From the NCBI GenBank assembly GCA_963676835.2, contig CAXXFF010000002.1, positions 1,280,001-1,344,000 of the forward strand: a stretch of 64,000 nucleotides of DNA, given 5' to 3'. This DNA is from Marispirochaeta sp. (GTDB lineage: Bacteria; Spirochaetota; Spirochaetia; JC444; Marispirochaetaceae). The notes beneath the pieces were generated by a model. It was not told where the DNA came from and ran no database searches. It saw only the letters and a program-made list of their open reading frames with translations. Positions 57,022 to 64,000 of the stretch are shown one piece after another; position 1 is the first letter of the stretch, and every line of letters starts with the position of its first letter. The translations under genes were made by a program, and so were the position numbers.

Positions 57022-58331
57022 CTGTAAACCCCTGCCGGCTCTGTGCACCCCTTGGTGCGGTAATGGTTTTTAAAGGTTTCCGCGGAATGATGCCGATTCT
57101 TCATGGCTCCCAGGGCTGTGCGACCTATATACGGCGCTATATGATCAGCCATTTTAGGGAACCAGTCGATGTAGCTTCGTCAAGTTTTACCGAAGAGACC
57201 GCCATCTTCGGAGGCCAGGCTCAGCTTGTCACAGCCCTGACCAATGTCAGGGAGAAGTACAACCCTGAAGTTGTCGGAATTGCATCTACCTGTCTATCAG
57301 AGACAATCGGGGATGATGTTAATCTCTTTATAAAAGATCTGGAAAAAGAGGGACTGCCCCTGGTTACGGTGTCCACACCCAGTTATCAGGGTTCTCATGT
57401 GGAAGGGTTCCGGGCAACCATTGCGGCTGTACTGAAACGCTTCCTGGGAAAATCTGCCCTGGCTCCGGTGAGCGATTCCTCCGACGGCCGCATACTGATG
57501 ATTCCCGGTATGGTCAGCCCTGCGGATATTCGTCACATGAAAGAGCTGGCACGGGCATTCGGACTGAACCCGGTGTTTGCTCCCGACTATTCGGACACCC
57601 TGGACGGCGGAAGCTGGGATGCCTATCACCCCATGGCTCCCGGCGGTACCGGAATCGAGGAACTGGGAAGCTTTGCCAAGGGATCCCCCTGGCTCTCAAT
57701 AGCTGCCGGTGGGCTTAAAAATGTTGCAGGAGAAGCTGCTGCATCAATTCTTGGTGCAGACGGTCATACCCTTGCGTATCCTATTGGTGTTGAAGCCACC
57801 GATGCTTTTATTTCAGCCCTCAGAAGCTATGCTGATCAGAGCATCCCCGAATGGATAGAAGAAGAGCGCGCCCGGCTTCTGGACAGCTATGCGGATTTTC
57901 ATAAATACCTGGCCGGGCTGAAGGTTGCGGTTGTAGCCGATTCCGATCTGGCAGACGGGCTGGTCCGTTTTCTGAAAGAAGTGGGAGTAAGCATCAGCTT
58001 TGCAGCGGTTCCCGATTCCGCCGATGCCCTGATCAAAAATCCTGCCAATGAGGGAGAGAGTATCTACGGCGGAGTTGATTACGACACTGTGGAAACCTAT
58101 CTGAAAGAGAAGGGAGCCGACCTGGTGATTGGTTCCAGCAAGGCATATCCCGCCTCGCGCAGGCTGGAAATTCCGCTTGTACGGGTTGGATTTCCTGTTC
58201 ACGACAGGGTTGGAGGCGCAAGAATCCTCCATCTTGGCTACCGCGGCACCCATCAGCTGCTGGATCAGCTGGTTAATACTGTTCTTGAAAAACGACAGGC
58301 AGAGTCCACCGTGGGCTACGCTTATCAATAA
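57018..58331 (+). CDS. nifN: FeMo-co scaffold NifN
   Basis: NPCRLCAPLGA, HGSQGCATY, STCLSETIGDD, GFPVHDR; ATGA overlap with nifE. Confidence 0.93.
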   Translation: MTVNPCRLCAPLGAVMVFKGFRGMMPILHGSQGCATYIRRYMISHFREPVDVASSSFTEETAIFGGQAQLVTALTNVREKYNPEVVGIASTCLSETIGDDVNLFIKDLEKEGLPLVTVSTPSYQGSHVEGFRATIAAVLKRFLGKSALAPVSDSSDGRILMIPGMVSPADIRHMKELARAFGLNPVFAPDYSDTLDGGSWDAYHPMAPGGTGIEELGSFAKGSPWLSIAAGGLKNVAGEAAASILGADGHTLAYPIGVEATDAFISALRSYADQSIPEWIEEERARLLDSYADFHKYLAGLKVAVVADSDLADGLVRFLKEVGVSISFAAVPDSADALIKNPANEGESIYGGVDYDTVETYLKEKGADLVIGSSKAYPASRRLEIPLVRVGFPVHDRVGGARILHLGYRGTHQLLDQLVNTVLEKRQAESTVGYAYQ

Positions 58332-58358
58332 TGTACGAAATAAACTGAGGAGAACCTT

Positions 58359-59606
58359 ATGAGCTATCCATTACCTGAACATGGCCATCCCTGTTTTGAC
58401 AAAGGATCCTGCGGAGTCTCGGCACGGGTACATCTTCCGGTAGCCCCGGAGTGCAATACCCAGTGCAACTTCTGCAACCGCAAATATGACTGCCCCAATG
58501 AGGGGCGTCCCGGAGTCAGCAGCTCAATCCTGCGCCCGGAAAATGCTGTGGCCTATCTCAAGCAGGTATACAAAGAGGTTCCCCTGGAAGTTGTCGGCAT
58601 AGCCGGCCCTGGAGATCCCCTGGCGAATCCTGAGAAGGTATTTAAAACCCTGGAGCTGGTTCGCGAAGCATATCCTGATGCGGCTTTCTGTATGGCCACC
58701 AATGGTATTGCCCTGCCGGATCATGTGGAAGATATAAAACGGGTAGGTGTCGGCTTTATGACAGTTACCATCAATGCGGCTACCCCCGAAACCGGAGCCA
58801 AGGTCTACCGCTGGGCCCGGTACAAGAAGAAGGTCCTTCGGGGGGAAGAGGGAGCCGCTAAAATCCTTGAGAATCAGCTGATGGGTATCCGTATGCTCAA
58901 GGCTGCGGGAATTACAGTCAAGGTTAATGTGGTAATGGTTCCCGGTGTCAACGATCACGAGATTGAGAGTATTGCAGAACTGGCCAGGCTGGTAGGTGCG
59001 GATGTAATGAATATTCTTCCCATGATGCCCGTCGAAGGTACCCCTTTCGGTGAGATCGAGCCGTCGTCCTCTGAAGAGGTGACAGCTGTGCGCAGTAAAG
59101 CCGGGGAGTATGTAAAACAGATTTCCCATTGTCAGCGCTGCCGTGCAGATGCTGTGGGAACCCTTACCAACGGTCTTTCGCCCGAGAAGGTCGCGGATAT
59201 GCTCAAGAAGGCTGCCAGGCCTGCAGAAAAGCGGACCAGGGTTGCCCTTACCAGTAGAGAGGGAGTTCTGGTTAATCAGCATCTTGGTGAAGCAGACCGC
59301 TTTCTGATTTATGAACTGAAAAATGATGAAGCAGTTCTGGTTGAAGAACGGCCTGCACCCGATTCAGGAACCGGAGATATCCGCTGGCGCACTATGTGCG
59401 AAACCCTGAGTGACTGCGGCTGGATAGCTGTTTCCGGCATCGGAGGAAAGCCGAAAGAGGTGCTGGAGGAGTCCGGGGTAATGCCTATTGTTATTTCCGG
59501 GATGGTTTCTGAAGTAGCCGAGAAGCTTTTGAAGGATGAGGATGTATCTCATCTGGCGGTCAACAACTTCAAATGTTCCGGTGGTAACGGACGCAGCTGC
59601 GCCTGA
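58359..59606 (+). CDS. nifB: Radical-SAM FeMo-co biosynthesis protein NifB with C-terminal NifX-like domain
   Basis: HPCF, CNTQCNFC, EGRPG, GIAGPGD, HCQRCRADA, VNQHLGEA. Confidence 0.96.
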   Translation: MSYPLPEHGHPCFDKGSCGVSARVHLPVAPECNTQCNFCNRKYDCPNEGRPGVSSSILRPENAVAYLKQVYKEVPLEVVGIAGPGDPLANPEKVFKTLELVREAYPDAAFCMATNGIALPDHVEDIKRVGVGFMTVTINAATPETGAKVYRWARYKKKVLRGEEGAAKILENQLMGIRMLKAAGITVKVNVVMVPGVNDHEIESIAELARLVGADVMNILPMMPVEGTPFGEIEPSSSEEVTAVRSKAGEYVKQISHCQRCRADAVGTLTNGLSPEKVADMLKKAARPAEKRTRVALTSREGVLVNQHLGEADRFLIYELKNDEAVLVEERPAPDSGTGDIRWRTMCETLSDCGWIAVSGIGGKPKEVLEESGVMPIVISGMVSEVAEKLLKDEDVSHLAVNNFKCSGGNGRSCA

Positions 59607-59731
59607 TTACCTGATTAAAGTGTACAGGCTGACCATGGAGAATGCGCTGTGATCGGCTGGTAAATAGATAGAAGCACCTTTGGGTTTAGAGTGCATACAT
59701 AGTACTTAAAGGTGCCTTTAAGGAGAAATGG

Positions 59732-60040
59732 ATGGAGAAACCGGGAAAACACATTCTTGTCTGTGGAAGCTTCAGAGCTTCCGGTGAACCTCAGGGGGTA
59801 TGTCATAAAAAAGGCGCCCTCGGTCTTATTCCGTATATTGAATCTGAACTTGCTGACCGGGGGATGTCCGATGTGGTTGTATCCATGACCGGCTGTCTTA
59901 AGGTCTGCGACCGCGGTCCTGCCATGGTTGTGTATCCTGAGAATACCTGGTACGGCGGGGTGGAATCTGAGGATGATGTTGACGCCATCCTGGATGCTAT
60001 GGAAGAAGGTGAAGTAGCTACAGACTACGAAATGAGCTGA
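59732..60040 (+). CDS. Thioredoxin-like [2Fe-2S] ferredoxin (nif-associated)
   Basis: HILVC-x12-C, TGCLKVCDRGPAMVVYPENTWY. Confidence 0.9.
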   Translation: MEKPGKHILVCGSFRASGEPQGVCHKKGALGLIPYIESELADRGMSDVVVSMTGCLKVCDRGPAMVVYPENTWYGGVESEDDVDAILDAMEEGEVATDYEMS

Positions 60041-60073
60041 TCACCCGATCTGTCTCTTCATGGAGGCTTTCCT

Positions 60074-60517
60074 GTGCATATCAGAAATGCCCGTCCTGAA
60101 GATATCGGAGAGCTGGCCGAAATGCTCGGTCAGCTCTTTTCTATCGAAAAGGACTTTACTCCCCGGCCGGTGCTGCATGCCACCGCCTTGAGTATGATTC
60201 TCGATGACCTCTCATATCGCCTGGTGGTTGCCGCCGATCCGGATGACCATCCGGTTGGTATGTTTTCTCTGCATATTCTCATATCCACCGCAGAGGGAGG
60301 TCGTGTCGGACTGATTGAGGATGTTTTTGTCCGGGAAGACTATCGCAGGCGGAGTGTCGGCAGGGCCCTGATGAATGAGGCTGACCGGATTGTTAAACGA
60401 GAGGGGCTTATCCGGCTGCAGCTTCTGGCAGACAGAGATAACAGTCCCGCCCTGGACTTTTACGACCGCCTGGGCTGGAAGGAGACCTCCATGATAGCCC
60501 TGAAAAAAATGATGTAG
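60074..60517 (+). CDS. GNAT-family acetyltransferase at the end of the nif operon
   Basis: ISTAEGG, EDVFVREDYRRRSVG, LLADRDNSPALDFY. Confidence 0.88.
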   Translation: MHIRNARPEDIGELAEMLGQLFSIEKDFTPRPVLHATALSMILDDLSYRLVVAADPDDHPVGMFSLHILISTAEGGRVGLIEDVFVREDYRRRSVGRALMNEADRIVKREGLIRLQLLADRDNSPALDFYDRLGWKETSMIALKKMM

Positions 60518-60585
60518 TTTTTTGTTTCTATTCTTCAGTTCCGTTTGAAGTTCCTCACCAGCTTTTATTATACTTCATTAGAGGA

Positions 60586-62253
60586 ATGCGAGAGTCGGGC
60601 AAAAGAAAAATCCAATTTCTCCTGATTGCTGTCCCTGCAGTTTTTATGATTGCCGCGTTGGGTGCAGTGCTTTTCCTCTTTTCACGCTACCGTTTTTTCT
60701 CCAATTTCAAGGAAGCCGTTGATTTAAGAGAGCTGGAGTGGAACCGCTTTATGTGGACCACTCAGCTTTTTATAGTAGATGAGACAGCAACCAGCAACAT
60801 CGATCGCTGGAAAATTCACAGCAGCGAGTACAGGTTAAAGGTAGAAAAATTTTTCGATTCCGGAGAAACCCGCAAGGCAGTTCACCTTACACCGGAGCTG
60901 GGAACCTGGCTGAACAGACTCAGTTCTTTTCACGACCAGATATTCATAAAGTTCAGGCGGGTTGAGGAGTCCATTCTTCAGTTCAATGCCCTGGTCGAGA
61001 GGTACCCGGAATACAAAAACCGGCGCATCAGCGATCTGATCGATGTTGATAAAACGGCGCAGGAAAACGGCGAAATTGCCTTTGGCGCATACCGGGTTTT
61101 TGATGCGGTGAATAACGGGTTAATGCTCTCTTCTCCGCCTTTTGCACAGTCTTTTGACTTTATCGCTAATATTCTTGAGGAAAAGATGTCCGGGTATTCC
61201 CATCTTTTTCTGGGGGCCCTGCTTCTTCTTCTATTGTTTGCGGTGATGCTTAATATAGAGGTTATCTATTTCCGCGGCGGTCAGATCCGGGCGGAACTGT
61301 CTGCCCGCCGTGCCTCTGAAGAGGCGGCTCTGCGGATGAAGCAGGAACTTGAGTACCGGGTCGAGGAGCGCACCGCAGAGCTGCAGGATGCCCTGGATGA
61401 GTATACCCGTATAAATACGCAGCTGACTACCACCAATAACCGCCTGGAAGATGCCATGCACACCATCAATGAGGCGCAGGATCTTATGGTGGAACAGGAA
61501 AAGCAGGCGGCTCTGGGGCGGCTGGTGGCAGGGCTTGCCCACGATGTTAACACCCCCCTGGGGGTAAGTCTAACGGCGGCTACCTTCTTCAAGAACCGGC
61601 TTGAAAATATGCTGGCTTCCGGCTCGGCCGAATCTGAGGCGGCTCGAAATGAGGTGAAGGGCTTGCAGGATTCAGCTGATCTGCTTATTCGCAATATCCG
61701 GAAAACAGCGGATATTGTCCGCTATTTCAAACAGCTTTCCCTGGACCAGCAGGGAATTCTGAACCGCCGCCAGTTTGATCTGATGGAGTATCTTTCCTCT
61801 CTTGGAAAAACCCTTGCGGCACAGATAAAAGAGCAGCGGTGTCTCCTTAACTATGAACTTGCAGATTCATTTATTCTGGACAGCTATCCCGGTGCCTTCA
61901 GCTATGCTGTTTCCAACCTGATAACCAATGCGGCTCAACACGCCTACAGCGGCAAGGTTGTCAATGGACAGATAGACCTGGAATTTGAACTGAGAAAGGA
62001 AAAGGATATTTACATCCGCTGCAGGGATCATGGCGATGGAATCCCTCCGGAACTGCTGAAAACAATTTTCGATCCCTTTTTTACCACCCGGAGAAGCTAC
62101 GGTTCAAGCGGTTTGGGGCTTTCAATAGCCTACAATTATGTTACACAGGTATTGAAAGGCGATCTGACCTGTACCAGTGTAATTGGAGAGGGTACCGTTT
62201 TTACTATCCATGTTCCGGTGGAAAAGGATGAAAACAGCTATAGAACCCTTTAA
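60586..62253 (+). CDS. Membrane sensor histidine kinase
   Basis: Two TM helices, periplasmic helical domain, VEERTAEL, GLAHDVNTP, DHGDGI, FDPFFTT, GLGL. Confidence 0.9.
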   Translation: MRESGKRKIQFLLIAVPAVFMIAALGAVLFLFSRYRFFSNFKEAVDLRELEWNRFMWTTQLFIVDETATSNIDRWKIHSSEYRLKVEKFFDSGETRKAVHLTPELGTWLNRLSSFHDQIFIKFRRVEESILQFNALVERYPEYKNRRISDLIDVDKTAQENGEIAFGAYRVFDAVNNGLMLSSPPFAQSFDFIANILEEKMSGYSHLFLGALLLLLLFAVMLNIEVIYFRGGQIRAELSARRASEEAALRMKQELEYRVEERTAELQDALDEYTRINTQLTTTNNRLEDAMHTINEAQDLMVEQEKQAALGRLVAGLAHDVNTPLGVSLTAATFFKNRLENMLASGSAESEAARNEVKGLQDSADLLIRNIRKTADIVRYFKQLSLDQQGILNRRQFDLMEYLSSLGKTLAAQIKEQRCLLNYELADSFILDSYPGAFSYAVSNLITNAAQHAYSGKVVNGQIDLEFELRKEKDIYIRCRDHGDGIPPELLKTIFDPFFTTRRSYGSSGLGLSIAYNYVTQVLKGDLTCTSVIGEGTVFTIHVPVEKDENSYRTL

Positions 62254-62344
62254 GCTGTTTATTCCTTAACCTGCTTCCATAACTCTCAATGAATGTACCA
62301 AACCCGCCGAATTTCTAGATATCTTACTAACTTTTCAGGAGGAT

Positions 62345-62857
62345 ATGATGAAACGCATTGCTGCAGCCTGTGCCATATTGCTGGCATCCTCATTACTCTT
62401 TGCAGGTCCGTCTTTTACTGCTGCCCTGGGGGGCGATTTTTTTAACTACGAAAAGAGTTTTCTCGATATCAGCGGAGCATATATCGTGCCCCTGCAGGAT
62501 GATCTTGAATTGAACATTGGTGCCGGCTTTGGAATTTCCACAGAAGAGAACAATGGTGAAACCGAGGCTCTTTTTTACATTCCCATGGATCTGGGCCTGA
62601 ACTTTATTTTTCCCGGAAAGGGCAATATCAGCTACCTTGTGGGTGCAGGGGTCACTCCCCAGTTTGTAATTACCGATGAGCGGAAAATGTATATAGGGCC
62701 CTCAATCAAGGGCGGGGTGAGGATACGTACTCATGAATATATGCAGTGGATTCTTGAACTGCAGCAGGATCTGCTCATCGGACCGCCGGACTGGATTAAT
62801 ACAGCAACCCGCTTTCGCACAGGGATGCAGTTCTCCTTCGGCAGTCTGACCCCTTAA
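62345..62857 (+). CDS. Putative small outer-membrane beta-barrel protein
   Basis: AGGAGG RBS, signal peptide, alternating strands, RTGMQFSF near the C-terminus. Confidence 0.65.
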   Translation: MMKRIAAACAILLASSLLFAGPSFTAALGGDFFNYEKSFLDISGAYIVPLQDDLELNIGAGFGISTEENNGETEALFYIPMDLGLNFIFPGKGNISYLVGAGVTPQFVITDERKMYIGPSIKGGVRIRTHEYMQWILELQQDLLIGPPDWINTATRFRTGMQFSFGSLTP

Positions 62858-62862
62858 AACTG

Positions 62863-63999
62863 TTAGAGGACCTCTTCCATTACATAAAAGTAGCTGTTGT
62901 CGGTTCCGAATATAAGCCACTTTCCGGCTATTACCGGAGCCGACAGAATATCTCCATCGGTCTCATATTCCCACAGTACAGATCCATCCTTTGCATTCAT
63001 ACATACCAGCAGGGACGGGTATTCCTTCTCAATGCCCGGGCTGTCCAGAGATCCTCTCAGGCCCAGGTAGAGCCGGTTGCCCGCAACGATGGGTGCCGAC
63101 GATGCGGGCTGCAGGAACTCCCTTCTCCAGGCATCGTCGCCGTTTTTCGCATTAAAGGCACGTATTACATTATCCCCGGAGGTGTAGATTACAAGGTTTT
63201 TCCAGAGGGAAGGGGCCATGTAATCCAGCAGTTCCAGGGAATCCCAGAAAAGATCGTAATGATCAATATCCAGCCAGCGCGGCAGCAGGGCTTCCTCTTC
63301 CCGTATCCAGCGGGTTTCTCCTGTTTCCGCATCCAGTCCGTAATAGGTTAAAAGCCAGCCGTCGGAAAAAAGCTGGCTTGTTCCGTAGTGCAGGGTATCT
63401 CCTTTTTTCCCGGGGAAAGAGTACCATGTGGGGGCGCTCTCCCGGGTATCCACAAACCAGAGGTACTGCCTCTGCCGTATATCATAGGCTCCGAAGCTGT
63501 GGGGGTTATCTTCCGGTCCCGGAGCGAAGTACATTACGTGGTCCTGAATCTGAAAGCTGTGGTAGAGCCATACGGGGTTGGGGATCTGGTGCTGCAGTTG
63601 TCCGTCAGCGGTGAAAAAGTAGCTGGCCCCCACATCTGAGGTAAAGACGATGCCGTCTTCGTAGCCGATGACTGTTGAGTTGACCGGGCTTCCGGTGTCA
63701 AAGTCCCAGCGTTTACTGCCTGTTTCCCGGTCAACGGCATACAAAAAACCGTCGGAAGATCCGAAATAGACGGTTTCTGCATCTGCATAGGGGAGGCTGT
63801 TGATTGGGCTCAAGGTCTTGAAGACCCAGCGCATATAGCCGGATTCCACATCCAGGGCATAGAAGTTGCCGTCATTTGAGCCGAAGTAGATGGTATCGTC
63901 CACTACCACAGGAGGATTAAAGGTCCGTTTTTCTCCGGGCTCATCCTGAAGCTTGAGTTTCCACTTTACCGCCAGGGGAGGGGTAATGCTCTCGTCGGT
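62863..63999 (-). CDS. PQQ-like beta-propeller repeat protein (BamB-like repeats), partial, 5' end beyond the window
   Basis: Repeated YFGSxDGxxYAxDxxxGxxxW units; frame stays open to the window edge. Confidence 0.88.
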   Translation of the reverse strand, partial: TDESITPPLAVKWKLKLQDEPGEKRTFNPPVVVDDTIYFGSNDGNFYALDVESGYMRWVFKTLSPINSLPYADAETVYFGSSDGFLYAVDRETGSKRWDFDTGSPVNSTVIGYEDGIVFTSDVGASYFFTADGQLQHQIPNPVWLYHSFQIQDHVMYFAPGPEDNPHSFGAYDIRQRQYLWFVDTRESAPTWYSFPGKKGDTLHYGTSQLFSDGWLLTYYGLDAETGETRWIREEEALLPRWLDIDHYDLFWDSLELLDYMAPSLWKNLVIYTSGDNVIRAFNAKNGDDAWRREFLQPASSAPIVAGNRLYLGLRGSLDSPGIEKEYPSLLVCMNAKDGSVLWEYETDGDILSAPVIAGKWLIFGTDNSYFYVMEEVL

Positions 64000-64000
64000 A

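Overview
A gene-dense window of roughly 50% GC chromosome, most likely from a free-living anaerobic spirochaete. That placement is inferred from the BMP nucleoside transporter, the HATPase-HDOD and HTH-EIIA fusions, the lipoproteins and a group II nif cluster. Main content: an MlaEFD lipid transporter; a ZnuACB-type metal uptake operon led by a small RHH/Cys-His regulator and followed by a CDF exporter with a CsoR/RcnR-type operator; c-di-GMP proteins; an orphan DNA methyltransferase; argA, argF, deoC and ilvY; a nucleoside ABC transporter; a kinase plus sensory-type [FeFe]-hydrogenase pair; and a Mo-nitrogenase cluster (nifV-nifA, nifH-I1-I2-D-K-E-N-B-fdx-GNAT) with two sigma54 promoters. Four structures stand out. 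(1) A ~1.67 kb islet at the hydrogenase 3' end, built from two tandem units bracketed by BoxC/REP-like inverted repeats; one unit carries a DUF559 nuclease and the other a cargo lipoprotein in its place. (2) The RHH-Cys/His regulator with a tandem operator. (3) An unannotated ~140-nt transcription unit with a 13-codon ORF and twin hairpins. (4) TAC-N6-GTA upstream sites with a CxxC-bearing NifA-like activator. I saw no rRNA, tRNA or CRISPR array. All calls come from reading motifs by eye; no database searches were run.
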